Source: Flavobacteriales bacterium
Lineage (GTDB): Bacteria > Bacteroidota > Bacteroidia > Flavobacteriales_F > PHOS-HE28
Length of the DNA stretch: 64,000 nucleotides
Direction: 5' to 3'
NCBI GenBank assembly: GCA_019912395.1
Contig: JAIOIH010000050.1
Location: 52,651 to 116,650 of the forward strand
Shown: positions 1 to 9,128 of the stretch, in pieces
How the letters are laid out: each line of letters begins with the position of its first letter
Numbering within the stretch: the stretch's first letter is position 1
Notes under the pieces: generated by a model
The model's database searches: none
What the model saw: the letters and a program-made list of their open reading frames with translations, nothing else
What the model was told of the DNA's origin: nothing
Made by a program: the position numbers and the translations under genes

Positions 1-160
1 GAGCACTATGACTTGCTGCGGACCATGGCGCTTCAAGCAATGAGGCATGCAATACATGCATGGGTCCATCCACCGTAATGAAGAAACGGAAGAACAGGAT
101 AGTGGCCGCGTTGGCAAGTAGAACGCCAAGCAGGATTTTACCAAAGTGACCTGTCCGCAT
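1..160 (-). CDS. hypothetical membrane protein, N-terminal fragment (continues beyond window edge)
   Basis: A reverse-strand ATG at 160..158 opens the frame MRTGHFGKILLGVLLANAATILFFRFFITVDGPMHVLH..., which has no stop down to position 1. It contains a hydrophobic helix. It is absent from the ORF track because it is truncated by the window edge. Confidence 0.3.
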   Translation of the reverse strand, partial: MRTGHFGKILLGVLLANAATILFFRFFITVDGPMHVLHASLLEAPWSAASHSA

Positions 161-488
161 CAGCCGGAAAGTAATACCATCTCGTCATACAAATTCATCC
201 GATCTACTTGCTCTTTCTCCGCATTATGTCGCTTCAAAAGCTGCAAGGGCAGCTTGTTTCACGAGCACGTACCGCTTCACCAAGAAGGTGGCCCCGTAGC
301 TAACGCTACGCAGCCACCTCCTTGGATCGTCCTGCGAAGAAATAGCTGCGCATCTTTGGACGACCTTGTACGACGAAATGGTATAGCCACTCAAAGCCCG
401 ACAATAGAGCAAGGGACCGTTCCTTGACCTATTCGACCTCTACGTATTCCAACAACCTCCCGCACCCCTGGGAACGCGGTGCTTCCCA

Positions 489-1457
489 TTACAGCGCGTT
501 CACTGTCGCCTCGAACTGGGTAAGCGTGGTCGGTGTAAATGTCATCGGTACGTTCAAGCCGCTTGATATCGTCACGGGGTTGAAGGACGAGGAATAGCCG
601 TTGGCTTCTTGCCTCAATCCGATGACCACCGCAGACATGCCAACAGGGGCAGCTTGGCCCGAATAGGTCTGGTTCTGGTATCCATACATGGACATCACAC
701 TGTTCAATGAAGGAAGTGCCATCCAGATCAAGGTGCTATCCATCGCCTGACCCACCGGTATGGTCGCCGTAACCACGGTCGTGTTCGGATCGTTCCAAAA
801 GTAATCGCAGTTGATCCAATTGAAGTTCGGCGCATTAAGTTGGTAATTGAAATAGTAAGGGAAAGTGTACGAGTAGTCAGTGCTGTCGTAATAGGTGGGA
901 TCCACCGTTATCATACTCGAATCAATTGGATTCCAGATCATGTTCCCCTGTGCGTTCTCGCTTCCTGTGAACAACTCCATTGCGGGGTCACCGACAGCGG
1001 TGGGGACCCTTGCGATAAGGCCGCCTTGTGTGACCCGCACCTCTCCACCTCCTTGTTCGGCGTATACATTGATCGCACCGCCACTGCGCAAGATCCGCAT
1101 CGTGCCATTGTCGTTCCCCACGGTCTGCTTGTTCAACCAGATCATATCCCCCATGGTCAATGCCTCCACCAAAGACACTTGAACTTGGCCTGTTACGGGT
1201 GTTCCATCAGGGTGAATGAAAGCCCCCGGCTCGAAGATCAACCGTGTACCCTTACCACCCATGACCTGCCCGCCGGATGCGGCATCCATGGTAAAGACCT
1301 GTGTGGCGTTGGCAATATTGTTGGCAAAAAGAGTTTGGAACGAAGTTCCGTTCGATGCCGGAGGCGGTACGGCAACGTTCTCAGGGCTGTCCTTCTTACA
1401 GCTCAATGTCGTAGCTATAGCGAAGGCCATGATCAGGAATGTGCTGGAGGTTCTCAT
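489..1457 (-). CDS. putative lipoprotein, unknown function
   Basis: 322-aa ORF. The N-terminus MRTSSTFLIMAFAIATTLSCKKD looks like a signal peptide with a lipobox-like Cys. No catalytic motif recognised. Confidence 0.65.
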   Translation of the reverse strand: MRTSSTFLIMAFAIATTLSCKKDSPENVAVPPPASNGTSFQTLFANNIANATQVFTMDAASGGQVMGGKGTRLIFEPGAFIHPDGTPVTGQVQVSLVEALTMGDMIWLNKQTVGNDNGTMRILRSGGAINVYAEQGGGEVRVTQGGLIARVPTAVGDPAMELFTGSENAQGNMIWNPIDSSMITVDPTYYDSTDYSYTFPYYFNYQLNAPNFNWINCDYFWNDPNTTVVTATIPVGQAMDSTLIWMALPSLNSVMSMYGYQNQTYSGQAAPVGMSAVVIGLRQEANGYSSSFNPVTISSGLNVPMTFTPTTLTQFEATVNAL

Positions 1458-1695
1458 TTTTTAGTGGTTTTATGGACGAGGGTGTGCAAAAGGGTAATCG
1501 ACCCAAGCTTGGCGAGGTTGCTAAAGTTAGGACGCGGGACGTTGGTGTGGATCGCTCAGGCATTAGGCGGTGTACCATGGACGAGGCAAGAAAGCTGAAC
1601 GCTGCCTGACCCGGATATTTATTCTGATCCGCCTCCGGTTGATCACGATGGCTGAAGGGAGCCACCATGGCCCATCAGAGTCCCCGTTCATCATT

Positions 1696-3654
1696 TCAGC
1701 CTTGGAAGCGCTTCCCGTCCACGAAGTACATCTCCATTTCCCCCTTGCCCTTCGCTTGGATCTTGCCACGCGACGTGAATATGAGTCCTGGTTCGCTCTT
1801 CACTTGTGCGTAGGTCGCTTCGCTGATGTTCACCTTGCCTACTTCCCCGGAGGTCTCCATGCGGCTGGCCGTGTTGACGGTATCGCCCCAGAGGTCGTAC
1901 TGGAATTTCTTTACGCCCACGATGCCCGCTACGACCGGGCCGGTGTGGATGCCGCAACGCATTTCAAAGGCAAGGAGACCCACGGCCTCGCGTTCCAGTT
2001 TGCGGGCTGAGACGAAGGCTTGCATCTCCAGTCCAGCCAATACGGTGTTCAGCGCGGAATCGGTGCTGGGCAAGGGCAATCCGCCGGCGCACATGTACGC
2101 ATCACCAATGGTCTTGATCTTCTCGATGCCGTACTTCTCCATGATGCCATCGAAGGCCGTGAAGCAGGCGTTCACTTCCTCCACGAGATGCGCCGCATCC
2201 AACTTCTCGGAGGTGCGGGTGAAGTCCTTGAAGTCGGTGAACAGGATGGATACCAGCTTAAAATCACGGGCTGCCGATTCCCCGTTCCGCTTGAGTTCCT
2301 CCGCGACCTCCGCCGGCAGGATGTTCAGCAGGAGATCGTCGGACCGTTCCTTTTCCCGCTCCATGCGCAACTTGGCCCGGTGCATGTAGCGCATTCGGCT
2401 GAAGAAGCCGCCCGCCGCCAACAGCAGTAGCACCGCACCACCGATGAGGTAGTCCCGCGTCCTGTCCAACCGGGCGACCTCGGCTTGATGTTCGATCTGT
2501 GCTCGCAGGAGCTCCTTTTCCTTCTCCACGGAATCCGTGACCAGTTTCACTTGGTACTCCCGCCGAAGTGAGCTGCTGGCCAATTCATCCACGCGCATGT
2601 CCTTCTCCAAGGCGAGCACACGGTCGTTGTAGGCAAGAGCCTTGCCAAGCCGACCCAGGGCCCTGTTGGCCAGGTACAGGCTCTTGCACGCATCGTGTTG
2701 TGTGCGGCGGTCACCGATGCGGTCCGCTGCTTGGAGGGCCTCGTTGCTTTGGGCGATCGCCTCCCGGTACCGCCCTTCCTGTGCCGCCAGTGTGCCCAGG
2801 GCCGCTTTCATGTGGGCCCTCCATTCCTCATTGCCGATCTGTTCCGCGATGCGCACGCCCTCCGCAAAATCCTTCCGGGCCTCCGCCGCACGGCCCAGCT
2901 TCATTTTCTGCTCTCCCGTGTAGCAGAGCATGGTGACCTCGTCCAGCTTGTTCCTTGTCAACTTCGCCACCGCCAAGCACTTCTCATACCAGCCCAAGGC
3001 TTCTTCGTAATTGCCTCTTTCCACGGCAAGCTCGGCCTTGAACGAATTGGCGTTCTGCCTGGCTTGGGGATTGTCCCCGACATAGTCCTGGTATTTGGCA
3101 AAATACTCCTCGGCCAGTGCCAGCAAGCCGATGCCCTGGTACAGGAACGCGATGTTCAAATAGGCTCCGCCATTCCGGATGCTGTCGGCCGGTTGCTGCT
3201 GCTCCAGGACCGATACGACCTGGAGATAACGGCCCAAGGCGCCTTTCGTGTCACCCCGCCCTTCACGGATAAAACCCAGGATCTTGTACACGTCGGCGGA
3301 TAGCTTGATGTCGTGCCGATCGGTAGCCATGGCCAACGCGTGGTGCAATGCGGCCTCCGCGCTGTCGAACGCTCCCTTTTGGTGAAGCGCAGCACCTTTC
3401 CAATACCAACCCGTGCGCCGGGCCCGTTGATCCCCGCTGGAAAGCCCGTAGGCCAATATGCGATCGGCGATGAGAAGCGCGGAATCCGGTTTGTTGTAGA
3501 GGTATTCCCGATCAATGGCCCTGGTGGCGCTGTCGATCAAGGAGTGCTTGTCCGGGGCCGTCCCCATCGCACTGTCCCATGCGGCGAAGTTCCATTGCGC
3601 CTGCACACCGGTAACGGCGAACATCGCGATGAAAATGCATGGGGACCTGCACAT
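1696..3654 (-). CDS. TPR-repeat sensor fused to class III adenylate/guanylate cyclase
   Basis: The ORF spans 1696..3903, but the likely start is the internal ATG at 3654 (MCRSPCIFIAMFAVTGVQAQ). It has TPR-like repeats and one TM helix (YLIGGAVLLLLAAGGFF). C-terminal cyclase motifs: ILFTDFKDFT, KTIGDAYMCAGGLP, GIHTGPVVAGIVG, WGDTVNTASRME. Confidence 0.9.
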   Translation of the reverse strand: MCRSPCIFIAMFAVTGVQAQWNFAAWDSAMGTAPDKHSLIDSATRAIDREYLYNKPDSALLIADRILAYGLSSGDQRARRTGWYWKGAALHQKGAFDSAEAALHHALAMATDRHDIKLSADVYKILGFIREGRGDTKGALGRYLQVVSVLEQQQPADSIRNGGAYLNIAFLYQGIGLLALAEEYFAKYQDYVGDNPQARQNANSFKAELAVERGNYEEALGWYEKCLAVAKLTRNKLDEVTMLCYTGEQKMKLGRAAEARKDFAEGVRIAEQIGNEEWRAHMKAALGTLAAQEGRYREAIAQSNEALQAADRIGDRRTQHDACKSLYLANRALGRLGKALAYNDRVLALEKDMRVDELASSSLRREYQVKLVTDSVEKEKELLRAQIEHQAEVARLDRTRDYLIGGAVLLLLAAGGFFSRMRYMHRAKLRMEREKERSDDLLLNILPAEVAEELKRNGESAARDFKLVSILFTDFKDFTRTSEKLDAAHLVEEVNACFTAFDGIMEKYGIEKIKTIGDAYMCAGGLPLPSTDSALNTVLAGLEMQAFVSARKLEREAVGLLAFEMRCGIHTGPVVAGIVGVKKFQYDLWGDTVNTASRMETSGEVGKVNISEATYAQVKSEPGLIFTSRGKIQAKGKGEMEMYFVDGKRFQG

Positions 3655-3950
3655 TGTCCATGTCGCATTGCGTGTCCGGTTTTCCAGGATGTAGGGGGAC
3701 CGGAGGGTTGAGCGTACGTATCCTTGTTGCCACCTGTGCGAAAACCAGAGTGTTGCAAGTTGGCACGCTTGCCCGGGGACGGAACCCGTATTTCCACTAG
3801 TTCGTCCGGGAAGATCGTTCCCGTTTTGAACAGGGGTCGGCCTTGTCCGGGGCTTCCATTGCCCGCGCCAGATCAGCTCGGCGACCACGCACTGGCCACG
3901 CACATCTCCATTCCCCCCTTCCTCTTCCCCGGGGCCTCCTCGGATCGGCC

Positions 3951-5171
3951 TCAGCGAACCACAACGAATCGCTGTGTTCCGCCGTTGAGCTTTGCAATGT
4001 AGGTGCCAGCCGCGAGCGCGGAAACATCCACCGATCCACGACCGCCGAGGATGTTGCGGGTCAGGACCAAGCGTAGCTGTGCGTCATACACTTCCAGGTC
4101 GATCCGCGACGCGATGCGATCCTCCGCGACCACGAAGAGTTCGGAGGCGGCCGGGTTCGGATAGAGCGCAAAGCCTGCATCGGTGCGGTCCTCAACGATG
4201 CTGTTCACTACCCCACTGATCTTGGTGAGCCCGGTGCTCGTGGTGACCCAGACGGCATCATCGGCATCCACGGCGAGGCGGCGCACGTTGGGACCAGCCA
4301 AGCCATCGGCCGTTTCATACTGCGTCCATCCGAAGCCGTCATAGGTGGAGACGCCTCCTTCGGTCACGAGGTAGTCCACGTACACTCCGGCCCACACCCG
4401 ACCTTGGCTGTCCAGTACGATGTCCGTCACGGGGTTCAAGGTATCCGGGGCCGGAAGTACGAAGGGACGCGTGTGGTCCCCGGTATGCTGGTCCGCAGCA
4501 TCGAAGGTGGAGATGCCCTTGGCGGTAGCGACCCACTTGTTCTGCGCGCCGTCGAAGGCGATGCTCCTGACCTTGTTGGACAGCAGACCGTTCGCCGTGG
4601 TGAGCGTGGTGAACGTGCTTCCATCGTAGATGATCACACCACCGAGACCACCGCCCAGCCACACGTCGCCGTTAGCCGCGAAAGCGATGTACTGCACGCC
4701 ACCGAAGGGAATATCAGGACTCGTAAAGGCAGTGAAGGTTCCGTTGCTGTATCGCGTAGCGCCGTTGATGGTGCCCATCCAAACATCGCCGTTCGGTGCC
4801 TGTTTGATGTTCGCGATCTGATCATCGCTCAAGCCATCGGCCGTGGTGTAGGTGGTGTACCCGGCCCCGTCGAAGACGCTGACACCAACATCGGTGCCGG
4901 CCCAGACATCGCCATTGGCGGTCACCGCGATGGCGACCACATCATCGCTCGCAAGCCCCGGGTGGCTCACCGTGTTATGCGTGGTGAAGCTGTTCCCGTC
5001 GAACATGCAAACGCCCGCTTGGGTCGCGAGCCAGATGCCGCCGTCGGAGGCCACGGCCACATCGCGCAGGTTGTTCGTGGGCAGACCATCCACCGTGGTG
5101 TAGGTGGTGAAGACCTGTGCGGATAGCAATGTGCTGGAGAGCAGCGCGGTAAGGAAGGTGGAGTGTCTCAT
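3951..5171 (-). CDS. beta-propeller (two-component-regulator-propeller-like repeats) protein with T9SS C-terminal sorting domain
   Basis: Signal peptide MRHSTFLTALLSSTLLSAQ. Repeated 'DGL..N.I..I..d..G.vW.gT..G' units. C-terminus LYPNPAASELFVV...GTYIAKL is a typical T9SS CTD. Its ATG overlaps the upstream gene's stop as ATGA at 5168..5171. Confidence 0.8.
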   Translation of the reverse strand: MRHSTFLTALLSSTLLSAQVFTTYTTVDGLPTNNLRDVAVASDGGIWLATQAGVCMFDGNSFTTHNTVSHPGLASDDVVAIAVTANGDVWAGTDVGVSVFDGAGYTTYTTADGLSDDQIANIKQAPNGDVWMGTINGATRYSNGTFTAFTSPDIPFGGVQYIAFAANGDVWLGGGLGGVIIYDGSTFTTLTTANGLLSNKVRSIAFDGAQNKWVATAKGISTFDAADQHTGDHTRPFVLPAPDTLNPVTDIVLDSQGRVWAGVYVDYLVTEGGVSTYDGFGWTQYETADGLAGPNVRRLAVDADDAVWVTTSTGLTKISGVVNSIVEDRTDAGFALYPNPAASELFVVAEDRIASRIDLEVYDAQLRLVLTRNILGGRGSVDVSALAAGTYIAKLNGGTQRFVVVR

Positions 5172-7480
5172 TCTGTATGGACAAAGGTTGTTCGTGTGGT
5201 ATTGCTCGTGCTCCGGATCTCCAGAACGTACACACCAGCACCGTAGCCGAGCGTGCCGATCCGGACAAGGCCATCGCCGGAGAGGTTGAAGTCCGGGGTG
5301 ATCCGCGCACCATCGGACCGGATGATGGTGAGTTCGTAGGGTCCATCCTCATCAACGATCACGGAAATGTCGCCGGAGGATGGATTGGGGAATACGCGGA
5401 GGTACCGGTTGATGTCCTCCTGCCCATCGATCGTGTTGCGTGCCTGGAAGGTGGCGTACATCTCCTGAAAGCTACCGGTCCCATTCGGGTATCGCCCCGT
5501 GGTGGTGATCGGATATTGCGTGCCGTAGCGCACTTGATCCACGATGCTCCCATCGGCATAGGACAGCATCAGGGACTCCCCGTCCGCATCCAGTTTGAAG
5601 TTCGCGTGATCGTCCCCTTCGTTCGGTTCCCCATCGGCCCAGATGATGAGGTACTCCCCGGGGGCCAGTACACGGTTCGGCATCGCCCATTTGGTCGGAT
5701 CCCCGGGATCGTCGGAGAGGTAGAGCCCGGTGGTGGCGATCGGGAAGCCGCTCGCATTGTAAAATTCGACCCAGTCATCGGCATCGCCCTCCGCGTCCGT
5801 TTCCGGACCATCGTTCAGTGCCCTGAACTCGTTGATCACCAAGGCACCGGCAGTGATCCGGGTGGTGAACGAGTGGAACTCGTAGGCCGCGCGCTCGGGG
5901 GAGAACGCCCCCGCCACGGTGTTCTCCGCATAGATGTGGAACTGCACTTGGTTGGTGGCCGCCGTGATCCGCGCACCGAAGAGGCCGTCACCCGCTGCAC
6001 CGTCACCGTTCTGGCCATCGTCCTTCATCTCCACGTATTGGAAGAGGGCGTTCGCAACGCCGCGGTAGGCCACGAAGGCCGTGTCCGCGCCCGCGATCGA
6101 GGCGGTGATGAACACGTCCTCGCCGATGGTGATGTCCTCCGGCGCATGCCCGACCGCGGTGATCACGGGCTGTCCGCTCATGCCCGGGTAGTTGCCCAGG
6201 TACACCACCCGCTGGTCCATCAGGTCGGCGATCCCCGGATAGTCCACCACATCGGCCACGGTCTGGTCCAAGTTCGATTCGAAGGCCTGGTCCGTGTAGA
6301 ACTTGTTCGTGTCCGCGTAGACATGCGGCCGGATCAGGTCGCGCAGCTCCACGGCCCGGTTGTAGTAACTGTGGTCCGCGAAGTTCTCCGCCACGACGGT
6401 GCGGATGTGCGCGAGGTACATGCGGCGATACGTGTCGTTCTCGAAGAGCTTGCGCATGAGCGGCCGCGGCTGAACGGATACGTTGTTCAGGTGCTTCAAG
6501 GGGTCCATGGTCTTGGCCTGCGCGATGCTGAAGCCGTTCCAGTACGAGGACGCGTCCGTCAAGCGAAAGCTCGCGAAGGACATGTTGAGGTCCCACAGGA
6601 TCGGGTTCCACCGGGCGTTGTCATCCTTGTAGAGGTAGTAGTTCTGTGCATACCCGACATAACTGTCGAAGTTGATCACCGTGTAGTTGATGGCGTGCAT
6701 CCACAAGGTGCGGTCCACGTTCAGGACCTCGCCGATGTGAGCGGCATCGTTGTTCAGCACATCGATCAGTTCCAGCAGCTCATCCCACCCTTCATCGGAC
6801 TCCAAGCTGTACAGTTCCGCATAGGCCGCTGGGTCGGTGCCCGGGGAATCGCTCAGGTTGGAGTTCTCCCCGTTCAGGTCCACCGTGGTGGGATTGCATT
6901 TCACGAAGGCATTGCCGCGGGAGCCGAAGTGCTTGTCCACGAATTCCTTGCTCACATCCTCCACGTTCGTGTACAGCCCGATCAGCACGTCATTCACGTA
7001 CAGGTCGGCGTAGTTGGCCTGGGAGGCGGGCATGTACTGGCGCGCCACCTCATAGGTCATGGCCTCGCGCAGGAAGGACGGGTCCTGGATCACGTTGCTC
7101 AACTTCAACTTCTCGTAGCCCTGATGGTCCTGCCCATTGTGCACATGGTCCAGCTTGATGTTGAAGGGGTTCTTCTCCCGCGACGAACTGTACGAGCTGA
7201 ATCCCTTGTAGCGAACCCCCACATCCGGGTAGCTGGACCCATCGATCACCAGGTCGCCGATGAGCCGCTCGTCGCCGTGAAGGTAGAGGGTGTCGAGCAG
7301 GTCGCTCCAATTCTCCTCGGCGAAGTACAGGCGTATCTCACGAACGGAACCCAGGTCGTAGAGGTCGGCTTGTGCGCGCAGCCCCCCGTGCGCGCAGAGC
7401 ACGACAACAAGAAGGAGCAAGCGGACCGACCTCACTTTCGGTTCAGTGTTCCACCATGACCCGACCGACGACCCGCTCAC
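5168..7480 (-). CDS. CotH kinase-family protein with lamin-tail domain and T9SS C-terminal sorting domain
   Basis: CotH-like motifs: NPFNIKLD, KLKLSN, NYYLYKD, WDLNMSF. LTD-like segment: LVINEF...DDWVEFYNASG...GLYLSDD. CTD: VFPNPSSGDISVIV. An alternative GTG start at 7435 (VRSVRLLLLVVVL) would remove the overlap with the upstream gene. Confidence 0.85.
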   Translation of the reverse strand: MSGSSVGSWWNTEPKVRSVRLLLLVVVLCAHGGLRAQADLYDLGSVREIRLYFAEENWSDLLDTLYLHGDERLIGDLVIDGSSYPDVGVRYKGFSSYSSSREKNPFNIKLDHVHNGQDHQGYEKLKLSNVIQDPSFLREAMTYEVARQYMPASQANYADLYVNDVLIGLYTNVEDVSKEFVDKHFGSRGNAFVKCNPTTVDLNGENSNLSDSPGTDPAAYAELYSLESDEGWDELLELIDVLNNDAAHIGEVLNVDRTLWMHAINYTVINFDSYVGYAQNYYLYKDDNARWNPILWDLNMSFASFRLTDASSYWNGFSIAQAKTMDPLKHLNNVSVQPRPLMRKLFENDTYRRMYLAHIRTVVAENFADHSYYNRAVELRDLIRPHVYADTNKFYTDQAFESNLDQTVADVVDYPGIADLMDQRVVYLGNYPGMSGQPVITAVGHAPEDITIGEDVFITASIAGADTAFVAYRGVANALFQYVEMKDDGQNGDGAAGDGLFGARITAATNQVQFHIYAENTVAGAFSPERAAYEFHSFTTRITAGALVINEFRALNDGPETDAEGDADDWVEFYNASGFPIATTGLYLSDDPGDPTKWAMPNRVLAPGEYLIIWADGEPNEGDDHANFKLDADGESLMLSYADGSIVDQVRYGTQYPITTTGRYPNGTGSFQEMYATFQARNTIDGQEDINRYLRVFPNPSSGDISVIVDEDGPYELTIIRSDGARITPDFNLSGDGLVRIGTLGYGAGVYVLEIRSTSNTTRTTFVHTE

Positions 7481-8951
7481 CGGAACTCAGCGCGGCGCGC
7501 ACATGGTACAAGCCTGCGGGTTGGGCATGAACATCCAGTTGAACGGTGTTACTGGAGCGCAACACCTCACGGCCCGTGGCGTCGATCAACACGATGCTCG
7601 CCACCTCGCCCGGAACAACACCGCTCAGCGTGACACTGTTGTTCGCCGGGTTCGGGAACAAGGTGATCGTACGCTCATCGATCGGACCCGTCACTCCCGT
7701 GCTCAGGCCGCAGGGGTCATCACCCAACAAGGCGATGATGCCGGGATCATCACAGGTATAGCGGAAGGCCTTTTGCGGACTGGCGTTGTACTGCCAGATC
7801 ACCGTGCCAGCCTCGTTCACCTCGTACATGTATTCCTCCGAGAGCGCCACGAAGGTGTTGCCGTTCGGCATTCGGTCCGAAGCGCTCTGACCAGCGGAGT
7901 TCGCCACGCAGCTGTGCCGCCAATCATACACGGAGGGACCGTAAGCGCTGCCCGCCGAACGTGGGTACAGGTACCCGTCGCGCTCCGGGTTGATCGCGTC
8001 GATCACCGTGCTGTTACCGGGGCCGCCCACGTTGTTCACGAACTGCAGGTATCCCGCGTTCGGACGGCCAGCCTTGATCCAACGGACATCATGCACCGCC
8101 CCGGCGATGGTCTGTGTACCCGGAGTGCCGTAGTTGGCCGGCTTGCCCCAGCGGAACAGGAAATCCCCTCCCATGCCCGAGTTCCCTCCGGTATGCCCAG
8201 CCGCCTCGGCCGTTGTGGTGCTATGGTCGATGATGAAGATCTCGCTGAGATAGCGCGAGCTGAAGACGATCTGGTCCAGGTCCGCATTGTAGTCGATGCC
8301 GTTCACGTGGAACCAATCCCCGCTGGGCGGGCCTCCACCGCCCGCGCTCGTGACCACATTGATGTTCATGCGCTCGGGATGATCGGCGATGGGCATGTAG
8401 TTGGGCTTGTTCGCATCCACGAATTGGATGAATCGGTCCAGCATGTTCCACTCCCATACCACCGCCCCTCCGGAGCCGTTCTGCGCCACCTCGATGATCC
8501 TTGTCGGCCATTTCGCTGAGTTACCGGTGTACCCGAGCGCCTGCAAGGCTGCATTGGTCTGGGCGACCCAGGCCGTCATCAACACATTCCCGTTGGGCAT
8601 CAGGCAGATGTCATGATGGGTCACATACTGGGAGGTGGAGTAGACGAATTCCCACACCAACGTTCCGTTCGGCGTGAACTCCTGGAGCTTGCCGCCGACC
8701 GCTGCACCGTTCAAGGAATTGCCCTGGTTCACCGCGCCGCGCACGATGTTCCCGTTCGGCTTCAGGGCCATCGCATAGTTCGCGTTCGATGGCAGGGACC
8801 AGGAATGGGCGATCTGGCCGCTTGCGTTGATGAGGTAGGCCGTGCTTTGGTTCTGGTTATTGTACAGCGCAAAGCCATCGAATTGGGCTGGCGAAAGGAA
8901 TGCCAGGAACAGGCCCAAACTGAGCATTAGTGTACGAGCAGGGAGCAACAT
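7443..8951 (-). CDS. arylsulfotransferase (ASST)-like beta-propeller protein with T9SS C-terminal sorting domain
   Basis: Signal peptide MLLPARTLMLSLGLFLAFLSPAQ. ASST-like motifs: THHDICLMPNGNVLM and WFHVNGIDYN...FSSRYLSEIFIID. CTD: LFPNPANNSVTLSG...GLYHVRA. Confidence 0.65.
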   Translation of the reverse strand: MLLPARTLMLSLGLFLAFLSPAQFDGFALYNNQNQSTAYLINASGQIAHSWSLPSNANYAMALKPNGNIVRGAVNQGNSLNGAAVGGKLQEFTPNGTLVWEFVYSTSQYVTHHDICLMPNGNVLMTAWVAQTNAALQALGYTGNSAKWPTRIIEVAQNGSGGAVVWEWNMLDRFIQFVDANKPNYMPIADHPERMNINVVTSAGGGGPPSGDWFHVNGIDYNADLDQIVFSSRYLSEIFIIDHSTTTAEAAGHTGGNSGMGGDFLFRWGKPANYGTPGTQTIAGAVHDVRWIKAGRPNAGYLQFVNNVGGPGNSTVIDAINPERDGYLYPRSAGSAYGPSVYDWRHSCVANSAGQSASDRMPNGNTFVALSEEYMYEVNEAGTVIWQYNASPQKAFRYTCDDPGIIALLGDDPCGLSTGVTGPIDERTITLFPNPANNSVTLSGVVPGEVASIVLIDATGREVLRSSNTVQLDVHAQPAGLYHVRAALSSGERVVGRVMVEH

Positions 8952-9128
8952 CAGGTGGATCGGGTTGTGGTGAATGCCCCTGGATCGGGCGAAACTAAAT
9001 GGGTGGTCCGATCTTGGACCGCCGGATCGGCAAATGGTTCGATCGACCCGATGAAACCATTTCCACGGACCTTTCGACCGGTCGATGCTCGCAACCGATG
9101 TGTACTGGAATGGAGCGCAGGGTTCCGC

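Noticed and set aside
146-427. Overlapping ORFs 146..427 (+) and 224..412 (-) in the AT-richer gap before the first lipoprotein gene
   Set aside because: They have no motifs and a Cys/Ser/Arg-rich odd composition, and they are mutually antisense. This is more likely the promoter/intergenic region of the divergent flanking genes.
5177-7459. 760-aa ORF on the + strand
   Set aside because: It is entirely antisense to the CotH/LTD/T9SS gene, which has clear family motifs. Its composition is dominated by R/G/V/H/P/D, typical of frame-shifted high-GC sequence, and it has no recognisable domain or signal.
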